NCBI GenBank assembly: GCA_011364905.1
Contig: RDNZ01000006.1
Location: 34,865 to 98,864, forward strand
Origin: Candidatus Thorarchaeota archaeon
GTDB lineage: Archaea; Asgardarchaeota; Thorarchaeia; Thorarchaeales; Thorarchaeaceae
Length of the DNA: 64,000 bases
Reading direction: 5' to 3'
In this document: in pieces, positions 18,124 to 28,439 of the stretch
Layout of the letters: the number at the start of each line of letters is the position of its first letter
Position numbering within the stretch: position 1 is the first letter of the stretch
Notes under the pieces: model-generated
What the model saw: only the letters and a program-made list of their open reading frames with translations
What the model was told of the DNA's origin: nothing
Database searches by the model: none
Made by a program: the position numbers and the translations under genes

Positions 18124-20442
18124 CTATTGCTTGAATTTCTTGACATACACTATATAGACGATAACTACAACCCCGACAATAACAGCTGCTGGAAGTGCTA
18201 CACCGCCTAGCATTGCAAGGACATTGGGACCAACAGGAGTTATCTTCTCAACCGATAGTTGAGGTGTCGGTAGTGGCGTGAGTTGAACCCACAAGAAACC
18301 ATCTACACCTAGATTTCTAGAGATTGCCATACTCAAGAGCGAGTTATCAGAGATTGCGCCGAATTGGAACGAGAAATCAGCAATATTTCCGACATACTCA
18401 TCGTTGAGATCACCCCATGGGGTTGAGTGAGCCCTGCCATCGTATGCGCTTAGAAGTGTACTACTGAAACCAGTGACATCTCCAGTCTTAACCGACACAT
18501 TATACCAGGTTCCTGGAGTTGTGTTTAGTAGCAATCCATAGGTTCCACTCCCACTTCCAGGTAGTGGCAATGAGAAGTTAGTCCATGCAGAGGCCGCACC
18601 AACATCAAGAGTCTCAATGTCGGCGTAGATGTCATTCATTCGATTCTGCCAATCGATTGTGAGACTCACTGGGTAGTTCATGTAGACGTTTGTTGCACCT
18701 TGTGTGTTATTGCTAACTTGGTATGTACAGATACCAACAAAGGCAAACCCCTCATAGTAACCCTGACCTCCGTAGTTAATGGTCCGGTTATTCGGTATAG
18801 TAGGATGCGCTTGTATCTGAGATCCATCCCATCTGTTTGCAACGGTCGTTGAACCTGATACCCGTACAGCACCAGATGCATCATAGATCGAATACTCGAA
18901 GTTTACTGTGACATTATCTTGGTTGTTCAGGTACAAAGTCATGTTGTACATCTGGAAAAGGTGTGCATCAACAAAGAAACCACCCACATTAACGATGTCA
19001 GTGGTAGTCTCGTCAACAATGGAGCCAACATTGAAGCGGACCCATTCATTCACGTTGTTCGAAACGTACAGCTCAACATGGTACTTTCCAACTGGGAGAT
19101 AGTATTCATTTGCAGCCTGGATGGTAGCAGGATGATTAGGTGATCGAACACTGCGATAGCCGTCCTCAGAAGATCCAGTCAAAGCAATTGACAGTTCCCC
19201 AGCAGTTGCAGTTGAGTTTACTCTCAGTATTGAGGGTTGATCAATATCCAGCGTGTAACTCTGAGCAGCCGTTGAACCAATGTAGTTCTCTAAGTGCATT
19301 TTCTGATTAAGAGGAAGTGCACCTTGGGAGCTAGATTGATGATAGAGTGTATACTGTGTTCCATCTCCACCATAGACTGTCACATAGTAAGGCCCACCTC
19401 TGAAGAAGTACTGACCGTTGCTTGGAAAGCCTGAACCTTCGTCATAACGTGTTCCCCCATTATGTCCATAATTGAACTCATTGCTTGTGAATTCTATGGC
19501 AACTGGTTGTGTAGTGGGGAGGATGCCATTGGGATAGTTGAATGTGTATGCTAAAGATGCAACATCATTTCTGGAGTTGACCTTGTAAGTTCGGACAGTT
19601 GGTGCCATTTCTTTGTACACCCAACTTCCTGTATCCTCTACAACTATTTCACCCGTATTTAGTTCGTCTGTGATGACACCACCAGCGGGGATCAGCTGGG
19701 GCGAAACCGCAACAGGAAATAGGTCAAAGAGGGCAAAAGTTCCCGAAGTTGGTGTTGCTTGGAGAAAGATGTAGTATGTCCCTGATATTGAAGGTTTGAA
19801 AGGAATGGTAATGATGTCTCCTTCTGAACCAGAATCTCCATTCATGTAACGTCCTTGTGGATCCACTATAGCGACACTCCACGAAACGCCGTCCTGTCTG
19901 CTAGCAATGGTCAGGTGGACAAACTCCTGCCCACTGATTCCGAGAGTTCCATAGTATGTGTAACCTCTATCCACTGATACTGGAGTGTGTTGACCAAAAG
20001 TAAGTCCAAATGTTCTGGTTTCGATTGTTGTATTGACAACAAAGTCACTGCCATCAGATGCAGTCCAGTCATAGAACTCTGGAAGGTATGCAGGATTCGC
20101 GAATGGCCCCGTGTTCCAAGTACTGAATGATGTCCAATCATAGGGAACATTCATATCTTCCGCAAAGGACGAAGTTTGTCTGGTCCATCCAGTGGTGTCA
20201 TAACGATAGATCCAATAGTCAAGATCTTCGTTCACATTCATTGTACTTCTAGACTGAAAGTCTAGTGGGTTAGGCTCCACATACATGTATGTATGATTAT
20301 TGGCGCCTGAAGCATAACCCTGATTATATGTTTTAATTTTGATATTTGTCTGAAGTGCGGATACTGGGGCGGCAATAGCTCCGAGTAGGAAAATCATCGA
20401 AATCGTAATGCCTAGTACCGTCTTCATATTGACGTGCTTCAT
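18124..20442 (-). CDS. Large secreted cell-surface protein with beta-sandwich (PPC-like) domains and C-terminal TM anchor
   Basis: Signal peptide (AAPVSA), many N-x-S/T sequons, SGTYYI and GKYHVE beta-sandwich motifs, C-terminal TM + KK. Confidence 0.75.
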   Translation of the reverse strand: MKHVNMKTVLGITISMIFLLGAIAAPVSALQTNIKIKTYNQGYASGANNHTYMYVEPNPLDFQSRSTMNVNEDLDYWIYRYDTTGWTRQTSSFAEDMNVPYDWTSFSTWNTGPFANPAYLPEFYDWTASDGSDFVVNTTIETRTFGLTFGQHTPVSVDRGYTYYGTLGISGQEFVHLTIASRQDGVSWSVAIVDPQGRYMNGDSGSEGDIITIPFKPSISGTYYIFLQATPTSGTFALFDLFPVAVSPQLIPAGGVITDELNTGEIVVEDTGSWVYKEMAPTVRTYKVNSRNDVASLAYTFNYPNGILPTTQPVAIEFTSNEFNYGHNGGTRYDEGSGFPSNGQYFFRGGPYYVTVYGGDGTQYTLYHQSSSQGALPLNQKMHLENYIGSTAAQSYTLDIDQPSILRVNSTATAGELSIALTGSSEDGYRSVRSPNHPATIQAANEYYLPVGKYHVELYVSNNVNEWVRFNVGSIVDETTTDIVNVGGFFVDAHLFQMYNMTLYLNNQDNVTVNFEYSIYDASGAVRVSGSTTVANRWDGSQIQAHPTIPNNRTINYGGQGYYEGFAFVGICTYQVSNNTQGATNVYMNYPVSLTIDWQNRMNDIYADIETLDVGAASAWTNFSLPLPGSGSGTYGLLLNTTPGTWYNVSVKTGDVTGFSSTLLSAYDGRAHSTPWGDLNDEYVGNIADFSFQFGAISDNSLLSMAISRNLGVDGFLWVQLTPLPTPQLSVEKITPVGPNVLAMLGGVALPAAVIVGVVVIVYIVYVKKFKQ

Positions 20443-20589
20443 GGCACATCGTCACCTCAATGAATTCATGTCTACAATCTTTTATGAACTCATTTCGTTC
20501 AAAGGTAATCTTATTTTTCGAAAATTCGAAAACTTAAGGCAATCACCTTTTATCTTGGTTATGAACACGGCGTCACTAATGGTGAGAAT

Positions 20590-21420
20590 ATGAGCCTTCA
20601 GCAGTCCTACCAAAAAAGCATTGTAGTAGCCGTCATTGCCTATATTGCTGCAATTGGCTTTTTATTGCTGAGTTTAGAAGCGGACATTCCTGAAGCCAGT
20701 CAACAAAACTACACACTCTTTGCCTATTTTCTACCAGCGGTAGGGACATTATTTCTCTATCTAGCGTTCTACCTATGGAAAGGAGGAAAGCGAATAAGAA
20801 CAGACTCTAGGAGCATAGCAATTCTTGCCATATTTGCCGCTATGGTTTTAGCTCTCGAGATTTTTCCAATTCCCTTTCTGACTGACATACCACTGTTTGG
20901 AGGCTTTACACTTGATCCGACTGGTATTCCAATATGCTTTGTTTTTCTTGCATACGGTAATGTGTTCTCATTCCTCCTTTTGCCAATAATGTGGATTGCG
21001 ATTGGATATCGAAATATCATCGGCTCTGTTTTCAAGTTGTTCGCAGAATTCTTCACCTTGTTGGGACTCGTTGTGGCAAAATTCGTCCTAAGGGGTCGAT
21101 CCTACGATTGGAAGGTAGCAACTCCAATCTATCTTATCTTTGGTGTAGTCTTTAGAGCAATCGGCATGTATATTGCGAACATCTACCTGATTCAATGGCT
21201 TTATGGACTCCCATTGGATGTTGCAATCGCATTATCTGTTAGCTTTGTAATTCCCAATATCATTCAAGCAGCCATCAATGTCTTGGCCGGAATACTTCTA
21301 TTTGTCATTATTCCAGAGAATTTGGCAATCGAAGCACGCTTCGGCAAATATGGAACAGATGAGTATAGCGAATATCAAGAAATCCCACCAGACGAGTTAG
21401 AGTCGATCAATGATGAGTAA
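20590..21420 (+). CDS. ECF transporter S-component-like membrane protein with two extra N-terminal TMs
   Basis: SRSIAILAIFAAM (AxxxA), LDPTGIP, FRAIGM..AN, PNIIQAAIN typical of RibU-like S components. Confidence 0.7.
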   Translation: MSLQQSYQKSIVVAVIAYIAAIGFLLLSLEADIPEASQQNYTLFAYFLPAVGTLFLYLAFYLWKGGKRIRTDSRSIAILAIFAAMVLALEIFPIPFLTDIPLFGGFTLDPTGIPICFVFLAYGNVFSFLLLPIMWIAIGYRNIIGSVFKLFAEFFTLLGLVVAKFVLRGRSYDWKVATPIYLIFGVVFRAIGMYIANIYLIQWLYGLPLDVAIALSVSFVIPNIIQAAINVLAGILLFVIIPENLAIEARFGKYGTDEYSEYQEIPPDELESINDE

Positions 21421-22168
21421 TAGAGAGGTCCAATTGATTCCAATTCAAGGATTTCCGATTGTTCAGAAGGGAGACGAAATTTCCTCGCTCATTCAGACTG
21501 CAATTGAGAGGAGTCGAATCACTCTTACCAAAGGTGATATCATCGTTGTGACTCACTCTATTATTTCAATTACAGAAGGTAGTCTCTATCAATTGGATAA
21601 AGTGGAGGTTTCAGAGAAAGCAAAAGCTCTCGCAGAAGGATCGGGACACGCTCCAGAAATAGTTGAGGCCGCGTTGAGTGAAGCAAGTGAGGTTCTACGA
21701 GAAGGCCCGGTTCTAATAACAAAGACAAAACAAGGAGTGATAACGGACTATTCAGGCGTTGATGAGAGCAATGCTCCTTTGGGAAACTTGATTGCACTCC
21801 CTGAAAATCCTGATGAATCAGCAAAGAAAATCAATGTTTCATTATCTGAATCCAGTGGATTCAATGTGCCAGTGATAATCACAGATACTCAGGGCAGACC
21901 CTGGAGGAAAGGCGCTATCAATCTGGCAATAGGAATAGCAGGGATGTCACCTTTTACCAGCAACGCTGGGAAAGAGGACATTTTTGGTCATCGGCTTCGA
22001 GGATCTGTTGTGTGCTTGGCGGACCAGATTGCAGCTGCTGCGGAGCTTGTAATGGGTCAGGCTGATGAAGGAATTCCGCTAGTTGTCGTACGTGGAATCA
22101 ATTTCACAGAGGACGTTGGAGCGGCCTCTCAAATCATCCGCTCTCGGTCAGAGAGCCTCTATGGCTAA
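21410..22168 (+). CDS. cofE: Coenzyme F420-0:L-glutamate ligase
   Basis: GDIIVVT, SGVDESNA, LPENPDESA, ITDTQGRPWRKG, ADQIAAAAELVMGQADEGIPLVVVRG. Confidence 0.92.
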   Translation: MMSNREVQLIPIQGFPIVQKGDEISSLIQTAIERSRITLTKGDIIVVTHSIISITEGSLYQLDKVEVSEKAKALAEGSGHAPEIVEAALSEASEVLREGPVLITKTKQGVITDYSGVDESNAPLGNLIALPENPDESAKKINVSLSESSGFNVPVIITDTQGRPWRKGAINLAIGIAGMSPFTSNAGKEDIFGHRLRGSVVCLADQIAAAAELVMGQADEGIPLVVVRGINFTEDVGAASQIIRSRSESLYG

Positions 22169-24438
22169 TCAACAGACATACCAGGTTTCTTTTCACTTCT
22201 CACGAGTATGAGAGCAATGAGTCCCATAACTGCTCCAGCTGCAATAACTAGACCTGCTGGGAACGTTGGCATCGAATGATCTATAGTTAATGCAGTACTA
22301 GTCGTTTCGTTCCAATTGGGATAATTGTCTTGATCATTCACATTTATGATGTATGGACCTGTGCCAGTATAATCAGACCACCAATTCCCGGTATCGACTT
22401 GATTATCCCAATGATTGGAGGAACCCTCACAAATCGCATTAGGCGCATTGTATGCAAACGCATTTTCATAAATGTCATTACGATTGGATGAGAAGTCAAG
22501 AGAGATTCCGGCTCTTGTGTTGTTGTATATATTGTTCCCGGTTATTAGGCAGTCAGATGAACTATTCAACTGAATCCCTCTTGAGTTGAAGTAGATGATG
22601 TTGTTATGGATATAGCACCCGTCAGAGTCCTCGAGAAAAATGGAGTCATTGTTTTGAAAGATGGTATTCCGTAACAGCGTCATGTTAGTGCTGCTGACAA
22701 AGCTAATGGCTTCGTCATTTTCCCAAATTAAGCAATTATGAATGACACAAACCCAAGACCAGCTGGCATCTATTCCCTTGAGATTTGCTCTGACATAAAC
22801 ATCCAAAATGACGATATCTTCTGAATGCGAGAGAACTATTCCAGTCCGAGAATGGTAGGAACTGATACTCTGTCTGAATACACAACTCGAGGAGTATTGA
22901 AAACTGACTCCAATCGTATTGTTGTGAAGAAACACATTCGTGAGTTCACAATCACTGCAATTCACGAGAGTAATCGCTGTTGCTTCACCGAAATCTGGGT
23001 ATGCATCGTCCTTGAAGGAAGAACTGATTCCATAGAAACTGCCTCCACTGATCGTGACGCCAATGCAGCTCACAAGATATAGTTGGCCGTACTCATCCCC
23101 ATTGATGCTTTCAGTTTGCAGATTCGCAAAAAGCCCAATCTTTCGTCCACTCACCGTATTGTTCAGAAATCGGATTGTATCAAAGTTCCAAAGATCAAAG
23201 TTCGGAATTTGTGGATAGAGTCCGCCACCATCAAAAGAGTTCCCAATGATGTCACAATCATCTGATGCACCATCAGGAACATTGTACCAGTTGGAATAGT
23301 AGCCAAAACCAAATCCGTATCTATCATCCGTGACTGAATTAGATGATATATTGTGGGCTTGTCCCCCCTGTAGAATTACTCCGTATCCAACATCAGAAAT
23401 AGAATTCGCATAGATGTCCGATGCGGATCCGCCGTGAATAGAGATGCCAGTTCCATAACTGGTGTATTTCCCTTTAATGATGTTTTCGTATACCTGTGTA
23501 TTATTTGTGTTGACAAGGTCTATACCTTCCGAATTGTTGATGAGGTTATTTCGTCTTAAAATGCAGTCATTTGCCGAAATAATGATACCTGATTGACTTG
23601 AACTAACATTATTGCCCTCGATTACACAATTAGCACCATAAAGTATCTCCATGCCGCTCCAGATGAAACTGGCAACTTCATTCCTACTCACATTACTATT
23701 GAGGATGCCCAAAATCTCTATTCCAGCGAATGGGTGGCTATCAGGATTTTTTATTCCAGTGATCAGATTATCATGTATACTGGAATCATTGATTGTCCAT
23801 GCAGTAATGCCATAGCCCAAGATAATACCAAACTTGTTTTCATAGATGTCGTAGTTGCTTCCCCCATAGACCTCGATTCCACTATAGCATTCGTCAAACT
23901 CCTGCGTATTGTTGAATATTGTTGTGTGGTTGCTCCACAGAATCATTATTCCTTCATTAGTAGCATTTAGGACGTTGCTCGAGATTTTGCAAGCATCGAG
24001 GGCATATCCTGAAATCCCACTTGTGCTGTTTCTCCAATGGTTTCCGTACAAGATGCAATTGCTTACGTTCGTGAGTGTGACTGAAAACACAGGTTGAATT
24101 CCTTGATAGTACAGAACATCAGACTTGAATAGACAATTTCTAATAACGAAATAACTTGTCGTGTTGATTATCCAAATGCAGGTTGAATTCTTGGCTGTGA
24201 TGTTTAGATTCTCTATGATGTAGGGAGTTGTTGCAGAACCGTTCCCAGGCCATGATTGTATTTCGAAGTCTGCATCTGAAGTGATATTGAAAGGTTCATG
24301 CGAAACATATGCGGGTTCATGCTTGTTGGGTGTAAGAGCCGCTTCTTGAACAACAGCGTAATTTATGATGGAGGTCTGAACTAAAAACGCAAGACCAAGC
24401 ACAGCAACAAAGCAGAGAGCCAGCCCACGATTAATCAT
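22165..24438 (-). CDS. NosD/CASH right-handed parallel beta-helix surface protein, TM-anchored
   Basis: WPGNGSATTPYIIENLNI, repeated GI.L..S....I.NN, GNWWSDY..D.YP, C-terminal TM. Confidence 0.88.
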   Translation of the reverse strand: MINRGLALCFVAVLGLAFLVQTSIINYAVVQEAALTPNKHEPAYVSHEPFNITSDADFEIQSWPGNGSATTPYIIENLNITAKNSTCIWIINTTSYFVIRNCLFKSDVLYYQGIQPVFSVTLTNVSNCILYGNHWRNSTSGISGYALDACKISSNVLNATNEGIMILWSNHTTIFNNTQEFDECYSGIEVYGGSNYDIYENKFGIILGYGITAWTINDSSIHDNLITGIKNPDSHPFAGIEILGILNSNVSRNEVASFIWSGMEILYGANCVIEGNNVSSSQSGIIISANDCILRRNNLINNSEGIDLVNTNNTQVYENIIKGKYTSYGTGISIHGGSASDIYANSISDVGYGVILQGGQAHNISSNSVTDDRYGFGFGYYSNWYNVPDGASDDCDIIGNSFDGGGLYPQIPNFDLWNFDTIRFLNNTVSGRKIGLFANLQTESINGDEYGQLYLVSCIGVTISGGSFYGISSSFKDDAYPDFGEATAITLVNCSDCELTNVFLHNNTIGVSFQYSSSCVFRQSISSYHSRTGIVLSHSEDIVILDVYVRANLKGIDASWSWVCVIHNCLIWENDEAISFVSSTNMTLLRNTIFQNNDSIFLEDSDGCYIHNNIIYFNSRGIQLNSSSDCLITGNNIYNNTRAGISLDFSSNRNDIYENAFAYNAPNAICEGSSNHWDNQVDTGNWWSDYTGTGPYIINVNDQDNYPNWNETTSTALTIDHSMPTFPAGLVIAAGAVMGLIALILVRSEKKPGMSVD

Positions 24439-24504
24439 ATTCTAAACCCCGGTCCAATACTGATAAGATAAGCTTTGCTCGAAACAAAATGAACCTTGAC
24501 TCCT

Positions 24505-26352
24505 CTAGAGAGATTCTTCAAAGAACTCAGCAAGACGACCTAGAAGAATCTTAACATTCTTCTCACGAACGATACCATGACCTTCATCGTCAAACACAAG
24601 CTTCTCATATCTAATCTTATTAGCCTCCAATCGCTTCTCTACTTCCAACATGTTTGCTTTTGTCACATTGGGGTCTCTGAGACCCTGAACAATCAAGAGT
24701 CTGCCACGAATGTTTTGTACGTAGTTGATGGGAGACCGCTCTCGATATATCTCAGGCACATCATTTGGAGAACCTCCAAGCATCTCCTCCGAGTATGTTC
24801 GTAGGTCAGGACGAGTTGTTTCATAATCAACAACTAGATCTGTCATTCCGCATATCGGTGCGGCTGCTGCGATGATGCCTGGCGGAAACTGCGTGATAGC
24901 CAACCAACTCATATAGCCACCATAGCTCGTTCCAGTGATACCGACTTTATACGAGAGGGCAATCCCATTTTCTATCAAATGCTCTATTCCAGAACGAATA
25001 TCTTCCTTATCCAGACCTCCCCATCCATCTTGTTTGATGAGCTCACGAAAACGCACACCATAACCTGTAGAGCCTCGATAGTTGGGTTCCAGGATGTTGA
25101 AACCTAGAGAACACAGATACTGAATCCCATAACCAAACTCGTCCTCTGAGTGGGCAGTAGGACCTCCATGAACTCTCACAATCGTTTTACCATTAGGGTT
25201 TCGAGCTGGATATAGCCAGCCGTGAATTGGTGTGTCATCCGCTGAAATCCATCTGACATCCTGAGCTGGGACAAGATCTTCACGTTGAATCGTTGTGCGG
25301 CCAAGGAGGTCAGTGATCAAAGTGAACCTTGATGGGCTTAACTCATTGAGGTTGAAACGCACAATTTCTCCAGGATGAGTTGAGCTATAATAGACACCCA
25401 ACCAGTCCCCATTTGCCAAGTTGGTAATTAGTGAGAGGGTTCCTCGATGTGGAGTCGCGTTCTGCAAAACATCGGTATCCAGATCAAGAATGAAGGTTTT
25501 CTTTCTCGCATTTTGCTCCTCCACAAACACAACATGGTTGGAGTACCTAGGGACCTCCGAAGAACTATAGACTCCCCTCTCAGTTGGATTGGATAGCCAA
25601 TGGATCTCACCTGAGGAGATATCATAGAGTCCAATGCCAACGGAGTCATGACGGACACCATCAATGGTATCAGTATCAAACAGCACTCTACCATCATGGG
25701 TCCAATCTGCGTTGACCTTTGCTTTTGGACCAAAATTCAATATCTCTCGATCTTCATTTCCGTCTATCGATGCAATCCACCACTGAGTACCTGAAGGGTC
25801 CTCATCTGCTCGATTATATAGAACATATCTACCATTGGGGTCCACAAATGGAGTTAGGTCAGTCGCTTTGTCGGGTCGTGCAATAACAATCCTAGTAGAT
25901 GACTCTAAGTCATGAACAACGACCCTGAAGGTCTCAGTTTCTTTCTTGGTGTCATAATCATAGTTCACCGAGTATGCAATGAAATCGCCTCGAGGACCAA
26001 AACTGCCCCCGCGCAGGAAAAAGTTGGGCTTTGCTTCAGTCACAGGAATCATGTTTCCGGGATCATCGAGGAAAACCCTATAGAGTGTAACTCGCTCATC
26101 TCTCGCTGTATCCTCACCAACAAGAACTGATTTCGAGTCTGGAGCCCAATCCTCCACAGAGGTGAGTTCTGGAGTGTTAGTGAGAGGTGTAAGAACTCTG
26201 GGCTCATCGATGGATAGCAGGAAGATGTCATAGTTCTCCTGGATTCTGTCTATCGATAGTGCCAGGTGTGTCTTTTGGGGAGAAATTTCATACGAGTCGA
26301 TAGATGGGATGCTCATCAATGAATCCAAGTCAAGGGCTCTGTAGGAAGGCAT
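24505..26352 (-). CDS. S9 family peptidase (acylaminoacyl/dipeptidyl aminopeptidase)
   Basis: HGGP, NYRGSTGYG, GTSYGG nucleophile, D.NV, DEGHG; N-terminal beta-propeller. Confidence 0.93.
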   Translation of the reverse strand: MPSYRALDLDSLMSIPSIDSYEISPQKTHLALSIDRIQENYDIFLLSIDEPRVLTPLTNTPELTSVEDWAPDSKSVLVGEDTARDERVTLYRVFLDDPGNMIPVTEAKPNFFLRGGSFGPRGDFIAYSVNYDYDTKKETETFRVVVHDLESSTRIVIARPDKATDLTPFVDPNGRYVLYNRADEDPSGTQWWIASIDGNEDREILNFGPKAKVNADWTHDGRVLFDTDTIDGVRHDSVGIGLYDISSGEIHWLSNPTERGVYSSSEVPRYSNHVVFVEEQNARKKTFILDLDTDVLQNATPHRGTLSLITNLANGDWLGVYYSSTHPGEIVRFNLNELSPSRFTLITDLLGRTTIQREDLVPAQDVRWISADDTPIHGWLYPARNPNGKTIVRVHGGPTAHSEDEFGYGIQYLCSLGFNILEPNYRGSTGYGVRFRELIKQDGWGGLDKEDIRSGIEHLIENGIALSYKVGITGTSYGGYMSWLAITQFPPGIIAAAAPICGMTDLVVDYETTRPDLRTYSEEMLGGSPNDVPEIYRERSPINYVQNIRGRLLIVQGLRDPNVTKANMLEVEKRLEANKIRYEKLVFDDEGHGIVREKNVKILLGRLAEFFEESL

Positions 26353-26386
26353 ACCAGAACAGAGTAGAACGAGGTTTTACATCTTT

Positions 26387-27088
26387 TTACAAGAGGTAGA
26401 ACCGAAACCCGAATAGCTGAATAAAGAGTAGCAGACCGATGAAAGCAAGAACTATCCCAACAATGAGTTCGATTTTCCGAGCTTGCTGAGAGATTGTTGA
26501 TGCCATTCGCATCCTAGCCTCACCCGTCACTGCTGCAATCAGGAAATACGGAATCGAAATTGCGATTGATAGGACTAAGAAAAGGAGAGCAATGATGAGG
26601 AAGTCGCTCTCCGCTCCAAAAAGAGCAATCGTACCAAGAATAGCGGGACCTGAACAAGGAGCTGCCAACAACGAATACCCTAGTCCAACTAGGAAAACAC
26701 TCAGGAGGTTGGTTGGAGCTGTTGGTTGCGATCGAAGATTTAGTGAGGTGAATCCAAGTTTCTCTTGCAGGGTAGTAGAAATCATTACAAAACCGAGAAA
26801 GAGAATTATGAGCCCCATTATGGCTTGAAACTCGATATAATACTCAATTAGAAAGCTACCGATAAAGCCAGCAATCAGAACGAAGAATCCAACAGAACTC
26901 AGAATGCCTAAAACAAGGACCGCAGTGACCAGCGCGCTTCTGCCTCGACTATCAGCTGATTGAAGACTATTTATCAAAAACAATGGAAGAAGAGGAAACA
27001 GACATGGGGATACTGCAATATACAAACCAGCTCCAAAGACTCCAGTTAGTTTTGCCAAAAGGAGTCCAAGTTCAACGAAACCCTGCAC
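26387..27088 (-). CDS. ccdA: CcdA/DsbD-type transmembrane disulfide reductase
   Basis: SPCLFPLLP and APCSGP motifs, 6 TMs. Confidence 0.88.
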   Translation of the reverse strand: MQGFVELGLLLAKLTGVFGAGLYIAVSPCLFPLLPLFLINSLQSADSRGRSALVTAVLVLGILSSVGFFVLIAGFIGSFLIEYYIEFQAIMGLIILFLGFVMISTTLQEKLGFTSLNLRSQPTAPTNLLSVFLVGLGYSLLAAPCSGPAILGTIALFGAESDFLIIALLFLVLSIAISIPYFLIAAVTGEARMRMASTISQQARKIELIVGIVLAFIGLLLFIQLFGFRFYLL

Positions 27089-27103
27089 TCCATTAGTCTC
27101 CTT

Positions 27104-27655
27104 CTAAAGAATTGATGTCACCCTTGTGGATATGCTCGCATCTGACCACAAACCAACATGGAAGTACCTGAAGATTCCATTGCTATCAATCAGAACCATT
27201 GATGGAATTGATGTGATAACGAAGTAGTTCATGAACTGCGTATCATCCACACCGTGTGCCCATGATAGACCTCGTGAAGATTTGTAAAGGGCCATCATAG
27301 AGGGCGATTCAGATGTATCAACAGTGAGCGAAACTACAACTACTGTCCCAGCCATATCGTCGGCTATTGTCTGAAGATATCCATTCTCCGTGGAACATGT
27401 TGAGCACCAAGTAGCCATAAGGTCCACAAGAACGACTTGCCCTCTCAGACTACTTAATGAGAGTGTAGAATTGTCAGACATCTCAAACTCCCAGTTACTC
27501 GGAACTTCTAGTCCAAGCTCCAATAGGTCTCTGTCTGTGGTGGTTTTTGTTAGCGGACTAGCTTCAGGGAATGTGAGAAATGATGCGCCAACAACTATTC
27601 CAACAACAACAATCACCATGGTTGCTCCAACAAGTGCAAGTTTCCCAGATTCCAT
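27104..27655 (-). CDS. Membrane-anchored TlpA/ResA-like thioredoxin
   Basis: N-terminal TM, GQVVLVDLMATWCSTC, SIPSMVLID; start at MESGKL. Confidence 0.88.
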   Translation of the reverse strand: MESGKLALVGATMVIVVVGIVVGASFLTFPEASPLTKTTTDRDLLELGLEVPSNWEFEMSDNSTLSLSSLRGQVVLVDLMATWCSTCSTENGYLQTIADDMAGTVVVVSLTVDTSESPSMMALYKSSRGLSWAHGVDDTQFMNYFVITSIPSMVLIDSNGIFRYFHVGLWSDASISTRVTSIL

Positions 27656-27758
27656 AGTAGATGGCCCTCTCACAATAGGGTATATCATGTTTGGTCTTCA
27701 GGCAACTTAAATCAGTTGTGTAAGTAGCATGCACAACCGAAGGGATCTCCCAAGGGAT

Positions 27759-28115
27759 CTACAACTCTTTCCTATTAGTTCTCTGTTTCTTGATTATGCT
27801 ACCACACCAGGAGCGGATAATGTAGGTCCATGGAATTTTCATTTTGTAGTTTGGATAATATCGGTTCAAACGACTGATTCCACTAAATTTCCTGCGTGGA
27901 CGGATGACTGCAAGGCTCGCATAGCTAAGACCCCTGACGACGTCACTAGACGAAGGTTCGGTCGTCCAGCATGAAAGATTCGACTGACTTCTACACCAGT
28001 TTCCAGTCATGCAATGAGCTGCTACAGACCTGCCTCTATTCGTACATTCGCAATACAGTATTCCTGCAAATTCGATTAAATCACTGCAATAGTAGCAATT
28101 CAGGCAGGTTTTCGT
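27759..28115 (-). CDS. Cys-rich hypothetical protein (possible Zn/Fe binder) lacking a canonical start; may be a pseudogene or use a non-AUG start
   Basis: Open frame TKTCLNCYYCSDLIEFAGILYCECTNRGRSVAAHCMTGNWCRSQSNLSCW... continuous with track ORF 27759..28010; GGAGG 7 nt before ACG at 28115. Confidence 0.4.
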   Translation of the reverse strand, partial: TKTCLNCYYCSDLIEFAGILYCECTNRGRSVAAHCMTGNWCRSQSNLSCWTTEPSSSDVVRGLSYASLAVIRPRRKFSGISRLNRYYPNYKMKIPWTYIIRSWCGSIIKKQRTNRKEL

Positions 28116-28232
28116 AAGACTCCCTCCGTTTCAAGTTTATTGGGACACAACTTCATATAGATTTCGAACATGATGAAATTCAAACACACATCAAGAAAAA
28201 ACTGCGACGTCGCTTTTAGGATTAAATGATCA

Positions 28233-28436
28233 CTATGCTTCTTGAGTATCTTCTTTCTGCATCTCTTCAATCTTCTCATCAATATGTTTGATGTGATCCT
28301 CAAGTCTTGATTTAAAGGCCTCTAGACTCTTGATTTTAGTTTCCTTGCTTTGTTCGAATGGTGCGCATCCCATTGAGTACATGAAAGGACCCATGAAGTA
28401 GCCAAGATTTCCATGACCTCTGTGTTCTCTACACAA
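28233..28436 (-). CDS. Small coiled-coil protein (DUF5320-like) co-transcribed with padR
   Basis: Gly/aromatic N-terminus then SKETKIKSLEAFKSRLEDHIKHIDEKIEEM; GGAGGTGA upstream. Confidence 0.7.
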   Translation of the reverse strand: MCREHRGHGNLGYFMGPFMYSMGCAPFEQSKETKIKSLEAFKSRLEDHIKHIDEKIEEMQKEDTQEA

Positions 28437-28439
28437 CTC

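Noticed and set aside
20515-20532. TTTTCGAAAATTCGAAAA near-palindrome upstream of the ECF-S/cofE operon
   Set aside because: Low-complexity AT-rich sequence, single occurrence, no candidate regulator nearby
28077-28156. Selenocysteine read-through at TGA codons near the Cys-rich frame
   Set aside because: Both TGA-containing frames hit TAA within a few codons and no SECIS-like element was evident
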